Positions 42,532-54,725 of a stretch of 64,000 nt of DNA are shown piece by piece. Position numbers and translations under genes: made by a program. The notes under the pieces were generated by a model. It saw only the letters and a program-made list of their open reading frames with translations, ran no database searches and was not told the origin of the DNA. The stretch's first letter is position 1. The number at the start of each line of letters is the position of its first letter. The DNA comes from Chrysomallon squamiferum (Eukaryota; Animalia; Mollusca). The stretch spans positions 6,014,001 to 6,078,000 of the forward strand of contig CM022674.1 in the NCBI GenBank assembly GCA_012295275.1, read 5' to 3'.

Positions 42532-44064
42532 AATGTTTGTAAACTATTTGTTTTGAACATGGTTTTAAATCAGACTGAACAGTTATGTTCTAATTATGTT
42601 TTGATTAAAGTGTACCTGTGGAGACATTAATAAAAAGAAAAGAAAAAAGAAAAAAAGGTTGACTAATGAGAATCTGAAAAAAAAAAAAAAAAAAAAATGT
42701 TCAATGAATCATCAAACTTATTCTGTTGTAATTTATTATTAGCAATAATTGGTGACTACATTAAAAAAAACAAAAAAAATTAATGGACTGACAAACTTAC
42801 TATTTTGTCATACTTTATTATTAGGAAAAAAAAAGGGGTCCATGAACAAATAATTAAAAAAAAAAAATCCAATGAATAAGCACAGACATATTTTGGTTTT
42901 TTTTCAAACTTTATTACTAATAAAGAATGGTGTCAATAAAAACAAATACAACAGTCACTTAGAGGTGTGTAAAATGTATTTAAGCTGTTTTGTTTAATTT
43001 ACCACAGGTACACTTAAAACAGAGAACTGGTTTTGAGCTGCGTCTGCCAATACATACATTTATATCCCAAACAATATTTAACAAAACAAAATAAAATTAT
43101 CAGCTGAAGCCATTCACATATCACACAGGTAAACTGTCACATATATAGCACATTCAAAATACAGTCAGTTGTTCCAGATGTGCCCATCAAAGGCATACTT
43201 TAACTGGCACATTTTTACTTGAACTGCCTGGGTTTTTTTTTTATGACCAACTTTCTGATAAATAAATGTACACATGTATTCACAATATCAATACTGAAGA
43301 CAAAAAGAAATGTTGGTGCTTAGTAAATTGGCTGTGTATGCTATTTGTATATTGTGGTTTTGTCTTGATTTAAACAATAAAAAATAATAATAAATAAGTA
43401 AAGAAAAAAAAAAAAAAAAAAAAAAAAAACCAATAATTTAAAAAAATAGTAAAAAAGTGTAAAAAAATAAAGAAAAAATAATGATAATAATAATTAAAAC
43501 AAAATCAATAATTTAATTTTTTTTTCTCAATCTCTTGCTTTTCAAAGGTTTTCATATTCAAAACACTTAGTTGTTAAACACAAAGAAAAATAATGAACCT
43601 GTGTGTATTTTAACTAGGTAAATATTTATAATTTTAATTAATTAATTCAGACATTCAATCATTCAAAATAAATAATAATAATAATAATAAAAAATAAAAT
43701 AACAAAAAAGTAAATTAAAATTTAAAATACAAAAAAATATAAAACGATAATAATAATAACAAAAAAAAAAAGAAAGATCCATTATTTTTCACATTAAGTA
43801 AGTGAAATAAATTCTTCTAACATTTTTAACATAGTAAACTGCATGTTGCTAGGCAACCATTTCCAAAACAAATCTAGTTTATTGCATGCTTTTTTTTTTT
43901 ATCCTCCATTTTCTAATCAAGAGATTCCAGCAACTAGTACTACTCTCTGAGTTCATCTAAATCAAACAATCTGAGCTATACTCCACCTTACACACAAGTT
44001 GTGCTTTTAGCAAGCAGAAACTTCAGTTTCTGGTATTTTATCATCTCCTTTCCATTGTCTTTCA

Positions 44065-44095
<31 letters not shown>

Positions 44096-45309
44096 AATTG
44101 ACCTTCATGAACTTTTTAACAATGGCAGCTAAAAAGGTAGGGTTTAATGTTGTCTCCCTGGCTTACCCAGTGATTTATACAGTTATAAATTTAAACACAA
44201 TCTTCTGTTTACAATAACAACCTTTTAAGCTATTTTAACTATTTTAATAGAGAGTTAAGGTGTTAATCAATATCCTCATTTTATTTATATTTTCAAATTA
44301 TACAATTATAAACATATACGATTTGAAAAAAAAAAATTTTAGTTTAATGACAGGCTTAACAAAATATTTTTAGCACGAGTAAAAAAACATTTGCTGTTAA
44401 TACATATCCTTATTTTAGCTGGTGATATTTATCACATATAATTACATAAATTTTATTCTTTTTTACTGTCTGCAAAATCCTTTTTGCAACTGCAATTAAA
44501 AAGTGTGCTGTTGATACATATCCTTGTCTCAGACTGATTTTTGTAATATATAATTACAAACATAAATGTTTTTTTTTTATATTTATAACTCACTCACCAG
44601 TACTCTCTTAGAACTTTCTATGAAAGGGTATGCTGTTAAATATATATATATATATCTTTGTCTTGGACAAAAATAAATACAGTAATATTCATAAAAGAAG
44701 TAAGTTATTCCTCAGTAGGATTCCTTGTCAGTTTGTAATTAGTAACATTAGTAACAAACACACTGGTTGGTTTTATACTAATATCTGACTAAGTGGAAAC
44801 TTCTAAACATTTGTAAGAAAAACATATGGTCTCAATGTTTATCCTTGTCTCACTCTATTTGGGTTTTTCAAAGATCATAATACACATGAAATATATATAT
44901 ATCCACATCATGAAATGATGGTATGAATGTTACTATTACAATAAATGGCAAATTGTAAATCCACACCCAATAAAAAATATAAATGGGTTTAAATTTTCTG
45001 TTTCAAAAGTATTGAGTGAGATCATTAGTGCTTTAGTGAAGACAAAAATATGAAATAATTCAAAATGCTTCATCTTTTTTTAATTAGTAATCTTATAAAT
45101 TTTTTTTTTAACTCAATTTGTCAAAAAAAACAGTATTAACAAGTTGTAAAAATATGTTTAAAATATAATTCTCTTTTTAAGATTGGTCCAAATCTCGAAT
45201 TCTTTCAACTATCAAAATTGAAGCATGAAAATCTGACGTATATCAGTTTTGGTTTAAAATAATTTAATTTAGAACATTAAACCAAAAACATAAATACATA
45301 AATATGTAT

Positions 45310-45346
<37 letters not shown>

Positions 45347-45478
45347 ATATTTAGCCTTCCAGCATTTTGTAAATATTATCAGATCCAATAACATCAATTA
45401 AAAATGCAGAAACATTTTTTTATTTTCAAATTTTTTTTTTTTAAAAAGGAACCCAAAAACTAAAATTAACGCCAAACT

Positions 45479-45873
45479 TTATTTCTCCTTCTTTGTTTCA
45501 CTATCTTCCTCACTAGCACTTCGTTCACCAATATCTTCTTCGCCTGTTTCCTCCTCCAACTCGTCTTTTTCCACAATTTCAAATTCGCCATTCATTCCGT
45601 TTTCGCCATTTTCCTGCCCTCCTGCTGTCGCTTCGGGAGTACTTTCCTTTTCTTCGTTCTTTCCATCTTTAGATGTTTTCTCTCCCTTAGCACCATCCCC
45701 TGTTTTGTCCCCTTTCTTGTCCGCAGGGGCCTCGACCACTTTACGCAGGTCGTGTTTGTACAGGGGCTTGAACGAATCGAAGAAGCCCACGTCCTCGGTT
45801 AGATTGGGCAATAACCAGAAATGATGTTTTCCAATTGTGCAGACCCAAATGATACAAAACAGAACAAGACGAA
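45479..45873 (-). CDS. SEC62: SEC62 exon 9 (terminal)
   Basis: IRLVLF...HHFWLLPNLTEDVGFFDSFKPLY...NGEFEIV...TAA. Confidence 0.93.
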
Positions 45874-45877
45874 CTGA

Positions 45878-45953
<76 letters not shown>

Positions 45954-48900
45954 TAATAATAATAATAACAAATAATAATAACAATAAACAAAAAAATAAA
46001 AAAATAAAATAATAAAAAATAAATAAAATAAAAAATAAATAACTAATTTAAAAAAATGAAAAAGGTTTTGGAATTAAATAATAAAATTTATAAAAAATAT
46101 GGAATATTCTATAAAAATATATCAAAATAAAATGTAGATTTCTGAATTAAAAAATAAAATTTTAAAATTTTGATAATTTTACAAAATGGCTGAAAAGAAA
46201 TTCATAAACGCATAAATAAATTAGATTTTTGCACTGAAATGTGAAGATAATACAATAATACATTCTGCATTTCATAAAAACACTGAAATGATTGTTCACC
46301 AATATAACTGGACATCTTAAGATAGCAAGGAAAGAAACGAAAGTGACTTTATTATATGAGAATCAGTTCAAAAGCTAGACTGTGTATATAATTATATTAT
46401 TGTGTTCTATGTTTACTTGAGGCTTATTTTTCCATAAAAGAATTTAACCTGCTAATCCTGGCTCCTGTATTCAAAATGATTCAGAGCTACTGGGAATTAT
46501 AAAATATATAAAATAAAAGATAAGTTTGATGATAATGGAACAGTGGTTATTAAAAAGAGAAACAAAACTGACTATTTGTTTTTTAAGTATTATTATTTGT
46601 ATTGTTGTAAATTATAGAGCTAAGAAAGGTGTACTTACTAACAACAAGAGATAAAATAAAACAGACAAAACCAGCAGCAGCCAAACTGATGTAGTAGACT
46701 CCAACTCTCACTTCTTCGGGCCATAATGGAAACAAACACAGGCCTATTGCACCAAGCACTGAATAAAAAATTAATTAAAAAAATAAATAAATAAATAAAT
46801 AAATAAATAAATATAAAAAAAAATGTTTAAATTATAAAAAAAAACCATAAAAAACAAACATAAAAACAAATTTCAGAATGAATAAAACTTTTAACACTTG
46901 TATATTAATTATTATCATGTGATCTAAGATGGGTTATTTTGTAATGACAGTAAAAGAAAAAAAAAAAATAAAAAAATAAACAATTTAACACAATTTTTTT
47001 TATTAATTATTATCATGTAAAGACAAGTTATTTCTAATGACAGTATAAGACTAAACTCAGTGATTTTTTGCTCAAGATTAAATTAGTTTGATCTTTAATA
47101 CTGGGCTAATCTTAGCAGATAATATTCATTACATCAAGGCTGGTTAAGCTATAATCTGGTATTCTGTATTTGCCTATAAACATAAATACAAAAATATTTA
47201 AATGCCTCCATCATTGTTAAATTTAAAATGTTTATTAAATATAAAAGAAAAAATAATCTGTTATGTAAAATATAATTAATGGGTTTTTTTTTTTTTTTTA
47301 ATTTCTTACTAATTTTATTCTGGGAAAAAAAATATTTCATGCTGTCTCTTTTTTCTTTACTTATTAGTAATAGAAGCACAATGATAAATATATTATTTAA
47401 AAATAGGAAAAGGTTACCCATAAGTAATCCAATAAGAAATGTCTTTAGAGGCACTGGATCATATATCCACACGTAAATCTAAAATAAGAATCAAAAACAT
47501 TATTAAAATCAAATACGTCTACCTCTCTATCCATTTATCTGTATCTATATCTAAACACATCTGTCTATCTGTATTCCTCAAAAAATTATGAGATTAAAAT
47601 CTATTTATAATTATTTTATTAAATTCAGTGCTGAAATGTACAGTAATGAGCCTTCAGGAATTGACAGTGTAACTACCTATGTTGTTTATACACTCTGCCA
47701 TTTTAAGAAACATTTTTTTTTTTTATATTTGCCATCAATTCTCATGGCTGAAACTTAAAGAGTTTCCACTAGCCAAGATCAAATAAATATAAAAATAAAA
47801 AAGTAAATAAATCTTCTAATAACATTCAAGACAAACTGTGCTAAATTAAAATATAAAAAATCTGTACTGATTATGTCACAGTTAGAGGTTTTTGTGCGAT
47901 TTCTTAATTTAGATTAGGAAACAACTGTAATCAGAAACTTTTTAGAATTCTTAGATAAAAAATTCTTAGAATTAAAAAATAAGGAGGACTATTTTTATGT
48001 AAATTTAGTTAAAAAAGAGAAATTAAGATGATACCTCTTCGCCATCAACAAAACGCTGATCATCATGCATACTCAGCTTCGTTTTCTTCCCTTTCTTCTT
48101 CTTCTCTTCAGACTGTCAGCAAAAACAACAACATTAACAACAACAATAATAATAATAATAAAAATAATACTTTAATAATGTAACTACAATAATAATAATA
48201 ACAGCAATAACAATAATAATATAACAACAATAATATTACTGATAATAAAAATAATAACAATTATAATACAATAAAATAACATTCACAACAATAACAACAA
48301 AAACAATAATAATAAATATAAATAATATATAAAAAATAAAAGTTTAAATTCTTAATTTTAAGTAATGTATATAAATGAAAAATATCTGGAATGACTAATA
48401 TCTGGAATGACTAACATAAAACAGTTACATACACATAAAACAATGACGTAGTCTTTAGAGCCAAACAGGGGAGATAACTATCATTTTCAATGTTTGAATG
48501 TTTCAAGTAGTAGTTATAACATATCACAAAATATTTATTTTTACCAAAATTGAACAAAGAGATAAATTATTGATTCTTTGGAATAGAAATAAATTTTATC
48601 ACAAAGGAAATGACAGTGTTATATATATATAATTATTATTATAGATTTTTTTATTGCTGTATTCAAAATACCTTTTCTTTCTTTTCTCCTTCCTTTTCTT
48701 CATCTTCTGCTTTCTCTCCATCTGTGTCCTTTTTGCCTTTCTTCTTGTTTTTTTTGATTTCTTTTCCTGTCAATAAAATAATGATTTTAAAAAATACTTT
48801 TACACAATGTATATATATATATATATTTATCAGAGATTCTATAACTTTTTAAAGTTAAAATAAAAAAAAAATAAAAAAATAAAAATGACAAAAATACTAA

Positions 48901-51291
48901 TAATTAAAATACTAATTAAATGCACTTAATTAATATTTATTTATTAACACATCAAGATATTTTTATATATTAAAGATTAATTCCTATCAAGCATGTGATT
49001 TTAGGAACAATAAAAATAACAACAAAATTAATAATAAAAAATATAAATGCTTTTAATGAATATTTAGATATTTTTATATTAAAGAATAATTTATAACAAG
49101 TATATAGTTTAACGGACAGCTATTTTTCTTTACCAAGAAGATAACAAAGTATAAATATTTTTGAACACTTTATGATAATTGAACATCATCATCAACAACG
49201 TTGCCACACCTTTACATCCTCATTGTTACTTTCCTCTTCCTTCTCTCCCTCCTTCAGTTTTTTCTTCTTCTTACTCTTGTCTCTGTCTTTCTTTCGTTCC
49301 ACCTTCTCGGCCCTGTGAAACAAGCCTTTCTGTAGCAACCTGAAATAAACAAATAAACAAACAAATAAATAAGTAAATAAATAAACAAATAAATAAATAA
49401 ACAAGCAAATAAATAAACAAATAAACAAACAAATAAAAAATAAATAAATATGTACGTACATACATACATACGTAAACAAATAAATAAAGTGGTTTTTGAA
49501 AAAAAATAACAATATAAGTGTCTATTTAATGTCACCTGCACATAAAATTACTTTAAAAAAATATATATACAAATATACAATTACATGTAAAAATAAAAAT
49601 AATACTGAAAATAAAAATAAAAATAATAAAGAAACTTTTTTTTAAATGAATAATAAACAATAAAAAAAATGTGTGAACAATCTAAATACTAAAGATACTG
49701 ACTGGTATCACATGAGAATTAAATAAAACCAATAATAATAACTGTCCATGCACACACACACATTAAAACTTAAAAAATATATGCTGCAGTAAAGAATCAC
49801 CTGTTACAGTATGCAACACAAGAAGACCGAGTGGTAAAAAGTGGATCTTTCTTCATCTTTGTGGAAGACCATTTAGATTCAAGCAGAGTGTCGATAGCTT
49901 TGTTTGCTGAAACAAAACAAGAAAATATAAAATAATAATAATAATAATAACAATAACAATAATAATGACAACAGCAATGGTAATAATATATGAATAATCA
50001 TAGCCGTAACCATAATTAGTGTAAAAAATAAAAATAAAAATAAAAATAAAGAGATAATGACACAGAAAACTGAGGAATATTTTTGTTTTGTTTTAAATAA
50101 ACACATTAATAAGAGCAAGGGATCTTTTGTCTGCCCCTCTGCAAAAACAACCAATAATGCACAGAAATATTCAGGTTTGTTTAAAAAAAAACAGGTAACA
50201 ACTTAAACAAATATAACAATATTTTAATTCAAATAAATGATGAAAAAGAAAGAAATAAAAATAATAATTTACTAAATAAATAAATATATAAAATTAAATC
50301 AGTTAAAAACAAAGAAATAAGCAAATAAAAAAATTAAATATTAAAAAATAAAAAAATAAAGTAAAAAATAAATAAATACAAAACAAACTGACAAATAAAA
50401 TACACAAAGAAATTAAATATGTAAAATAAATTTGTCAGTCATAATAAAATTATCGATTAACATATTTGGTCTCTGTGTGTGTGTCTGTCTGTCTGTCTGT
50501 CCATATTAATACACACCATAAAAGTACTGAACTTCCATGCCAACAAGCTTGCCCTGTCGCACAGGGCTGTTGAAACGTAGAAACTTGGCCACTGCATATT
50601 CTTCTTTTGTGGGCTTTTCTGGCTCCACCTGAAAATAAGAAATATTAATACAAATTACAATGAAAATCCAAGAGTTTTAAAAAAAAAAACCTTGTAAAAA
50701 TAATGCTTATTGCAGCTGCATAAAAGTAAAATAACATATTTAAATAGAAATACAAATACTTTTCAAATGAAAAGAACAAATTCACTGGGGTTTTCATTGT
50801 GATGCATCACAGCACAGTATTAATTGTTACATCTCAGGAATACAAGATGTTCACAATTCTCATGAGCAAGACATCTATCTGGTTGAAAAGATATTGCTGA
50901 ACCATATTCTGTTCATGGAGAACATCATGATGGTATATGTCCAAAATGTTTGGAACAGACTTGGCCAGTGATGGATATGTCTTTGTATGGGATTTCCAGA
51001 AAAAAATGAACAGGCATAGTGCTTTACACTAGTCATCTTGTTCAGCTCGCATTTCACAAACAGTTGTCTAATGGATTGCATAGATCATAAGCAACTGTTT
51101 CATGGACTTGTGTCTATTACTAACAAAGTGCCTCATGGACTTATTTCGGTAACTAACAATTCTCTCATGGACTTGTGCAGGTAACTAACAACTATCAGAG
51201 GCAAAGTCAGTAACTTGTTACTACAGCTTTACTTACAGATTACTACAGATATTAATAATAATAACAAAGAAGAAATAAGAACAATAATAAA

Positions 51292-51332
<41 letters not shown>

Positions 51333-51892
51333 ACACACACATTCATAAAATTAAAAATTAAATACAAAATCAGCAATTTCAGTCTACTGGTTATAAATCT
51401 GTGATCGAGTTTGCCTGTTCTGAAAGCAAGTAAGACTACGTTTAGTAAGTTAGCAACACAACAATGTTGATAGATTTTACACTTACACTGTTACAGATAT
51501 ATTTATTTTTAAATTTAAGATATATTATTATTATTTAACTTCAAATTTCTGTGAAAACTCGTAACAATAGTAAATTGTTTATATAAGAAACTTTGTCCCA
51601 CTCAAATCTCCCCTCCGGCCCACACAGAGAGATATTTATCACTGAATAGTGAATTCGATAACTTCGTTTCTGACTTTCATCACTTTGCATCTGTCAAAAA
51701 AGCAGAAAATTTCGAAACTCTATACGAATTTACTTGCTATGATATAGAAGAAGACATCATTTATAACAGCATTATTTTACGTCTGCCATTTGACTGAAAT
51801 GATGCCGTACATGTTAAAGGTCATGAACACAAAGACTTCTTCACTAAACTTACCTCATCAACCTTTTTTCGAGATTTCTTTCTTTCGGCCAT
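45479..51892 (-). CDS. SEC62: Translocation protein SEC62, 9 coding exons, about 378 aa
   Basis: Spliced product MAERKKSRKK...EEYAVAKFLRFN...SKWS...LFTTRSSCVAYCNRLLQKGLFHRA...HDDQRFVDGEEIYVWIYDPV...LFPLWP...HHFWLLPNLTEDVGFFDSFKPLY closely follows the metazoan SEC62 sequence. Confidence 0.95.
46639..46758 (-). CDS. SEC62: SEC62 exon 8
   Basis: VLGAIGLCLFPLWPEEVRVGVYYISLAAAGF... Confidence 0.93.
47418..47478 (-). CDS. SEC62: SEC62 exon 7
   Basis: IYVWIYDPVPLKTFLIGLLM. Confidence 0.93.
48035..48112 (-). CDS. SEC62: SEC62 exon 6
   Basis: SEEKKKKGKKTKLSMHDDQRFVDGEE. Confidence 0.9.
48672..48766 (-). CDS. SEC62: SEC62 exon 5 (Lys/Glu-rich; 95 nt, phase discrepancy)
   Basis: cag/gtattt flanking NKKKGKKDTDGEKAEDEEKEGEKKEK. 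Confidence 0.75.
49210..49339 (-). CDS. SEC62: SEC62 exon 4
   Basis: LLQKGLFHRAEKVERKK...; the 3' boundary could alternatively be 49230. Confidence 0.85.
49801..49906 (-). CDS. SEC62: SEC62 exon 3
   Basis: ANKAIDTLLESKWSS...LFTTRSSCVAYCNR. Confidence 0.93.
50517..50628 (-). CDS. SEC62: SEC62 exon 2
   Basis: VEPEKPTKEEYAVAKFLRFNSPVRQGKLVGMEVQYFY. Confidence 0.92.
51100..51191. repeat. About 33 bp tandem repeat, three copies, in SEC62 intron 1
   Basis: tcatggactt......actaacaa units. Confidence 0.8.
51854..51892 (-). CDS. SEC62: SEC62 exon 1 (MAERKKSRKKVDE)
   Basis: ATG at 51892, gag|gtaagt. Confidence 0.88.
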
Positions 51893-52249
51893 TACGTGGC
51901 TTTATAAACCAATAACAAAATATTGATACGCTTGCTTAATGTTCTGTTAAAGAAGTTAATAGCACAATTTCATCTACTACCAGTCAATTTCTACAAACGC
52001 CATTGTTGTTGTGAATGTCTGTTGCAGTATACCTAAGAGTTATCCCCCTGCTAATTGAATTAAACATTTTTGTGAATCGGATATATCGGACAAATAAAGG
52101 TGAATCGTTTAAACAAATATTTTCGCTTTCAGAACAAATACACTTGCTCTCTTATCTACACCTTTTTAATTAAAAATTAAATATATGTGTGTATACATGT
52201 ATGTATGTATGTATGTATGTATGTATGTATGTATGTATGTATGTATGTA

Positions 52250-53553
52250 GGGTAAGTTGGGGGTAATTCTGGCCCCGGGGCATTTCTGGACCCAAAGGTA
52301 TATTATTATAAAGGTATATAGTTCTGACCAGGCTTCTGGAACTTTGTTGATGTAAATACAGCCTTTCCTATCTCTCATTAGAACAAAGGATGTAGATCTC
52401 AGCCATTTGCACGTAGAGTTTAATGACAATGAAAGTGGTGAAAACAACAAAATTGTAAAAAAAAGTACATTTTGAGGTTTCAAAAGTGAGTGTTATTTTT
52501 TTAGTTCTATAGACATAAGGTTAGCGATAACTTTTAACAGGTAAACATAAAATATATTAATTAAGTTTCTTCAGCTGAACTTAATAATGGATTTTATGTT
52601 TACCTGGTAATAAGGCATGGAGTGTGTGTTTTATTTAACTCCATCACTTTTGGCAATTCTGCCCCCCCCCATGGATGGGGTAAATCTGGCCTCCATATGT
52701 GATGCTGAAATCAATAGTTTTGGCACTGATATAGTCCATTCTGTGTTTGATTTAAATTTTTTGTCTCAACTGAAAGTCCATGGTCTATCTGGTGGGGCAC
52801 GTCGTCAAACTTCAAATAAAATCAAGAGGATGAGGTCTGCCGAGGCACTGACAGAAGAAGAAAGTATCAAGAGGTATGAAGAAGAGTTGGCAGAGAAAAA
52901 GAAGGAGGAGGAAGAAAGGGCAGAGACAGAGCAAAGGAGAGAAACGGGGGAACCCCCCCCAAAAACAGAAGAAGCTAACAAAGGAAAAACGGCAGCTCAA
53001 TCTGAATGCTACAGCAGAACCAGTGGATGCAGTCAAAGAAAACGTTGGTGGTGACGAGCCTGAACTAGAAAACAGAGAAGTAGTAGATACACAAGAAAAA
53101 TGTGAACTCTGTGGCAGAGTTGATGATGGAATGAATTCTGACGAGTTCATAGGATGTGATGGGTGCCCAAATTGGTATTGTCTTGATCCTTGCGCAAACC
53201 TCGAAATCCCAGCTGGTGCAGACTTAAAAGATATTGTATTCTTGTGTGATATTTGTCAAGGGAGTTTAGTTTATTGAAGTATTATGATAAGGAACAAATT
53301 ATTATTAGTAGCAGACAATGATAGCATAGCAATAAACAGTACAACAAATTTGAAGACCAAAATACGTCATGAATGTGGGGGCCAGATTTACCCCAAATCG
53401 TTCAAAAGAATAAACACTACGCATATAGCGTTTGTGTATACTGAAGGAGAAATGCATATACTATACATTATTCACTACATATTGTTGTTTCCTTTTGTCT
53501 GTAAGACTGCAGGTGGGGTTGAATGGAAAAGGGGGCCAGAATTACCCCACCTT
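52250..53553 (+). mobile_element. Internally deleted TIR DNA transposon (probably pogo/DDE_1-type) retaining a frameshifted transposase C-terminus with a PHD finger
   Basis: Inverted repeats ggggtaattctggcccc (52260-52276) / ggggccagaattacccc (53532-53548); inner pair 52677-52691 / 53380-53394; left end follows a TA; charged coiled-coil plus Cys-rich finger inside. Confidence 0.78.
52695..53277 (+). pseudogene. Transposase C-terminal remnant: AEALTEEE... coiled coil, frameshift near 52925-52960, then PHD-like finger CELC...CDGCPNWYCLDPC...CDIC
   Basis: Two overlapping ORFs (52617-53054 and 52876-53277) lie inside the TIRs; no catalytic domain is present; the start coordinate is approximate. 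Confidence 0.7.
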
Positions 53554-53683
53554 GTGTGTGTGTGTGTGTGTGTATTCTAAAACAACACACGTTATATATC
53601 ACACATTAAAACAGACATCAATGGCCTTTTGCAGCATAAAAATGTCAGACCATATATTTCATTATTTCGTTGTATATGTATAT

Positions 53684-53738
<55 letters not shown>

Positions 53739-54684
53739 GTATCTTTGTGTCTGCCATATACAAATCTATCTGCCAATGTAAATACATACATATTTGTGTA
53801 CGTTTATACACTGGGAATCTATCTACATACACTTATATTCACAACCCCCCCCACACCGAAACTAACATTCCTTGTTAAATGTCATAATTATTTTATGTGC
53901 GCTTGCCTGTATGTATAAAATGTTTGTACGTGTGAGTACATGCGTTTACGTGACTTTAAACCAGAATTCAAATTTACATCATTTTAATATCTGTTTTTCG
54001 CACCATATGGAAATAATTAAAACGGGATACAAAAATTAGAAAGAGGTGATACGGGCTTAAAAAAAAAAAAAGGAATGACAGAGAAAAGAACAAAAGATAC
54101 ACCTGCTTGTTGCATTGAATTAATTATCAACCGACATAAACAGTATGGAGTCTTTTTTTTTTTTTTTTTATTATTCCACTAAACCGCTCGAGAATATATT
54201 TAGAAGATAAAACGTTACCTCCTTTTCAGTGACGGCTCTTATTTCCGACAGATCAAAATTATCATCAGACATTGATTAGGGTTGGGGTGTTAACAATACT
54301 CCTCGATCGGTTTTTGATTATCTAAAGTGTTATTATTAATGTTTTTTTAAACACCAACACATTGATTACAACATATCCTCATTGTCAGTGTAAAAGGTAA
54401 CAGCTTGTTCTAGCTATAATTCTGCCCCGATCGACCCAGTGTTTAACTGGTTCAGAAGAATATTAGAAACATTAATAACAGACCCGTTTTCGCATGTAGT
54501 GATAATACTGATGTTATCTGGGAAGATAACTCCATTTTCCGCACAACTGTATTTATTTAATTTTATTTAATTTAATTTAATTTTTTTTTTTTGAGAAAAT
54601 GCTCGAAACTGAACCTAATTGAACCTGACCAACAATTCATTACCCAAACAAGTCAAGAAAAAAAAAATAATAATAATAATGATG

Positions 54685-54725
<41 letters not shown>

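Noticed and set aside
50875-51081. Non-repetitive patch in SEC62 intron 1 with VCSKHF (THAP-like) in one minus-strand frame
   Set aside because: The frame is short and closed by stops, and the other THAP residues are not identifiable; probably chance or a very decayed relic
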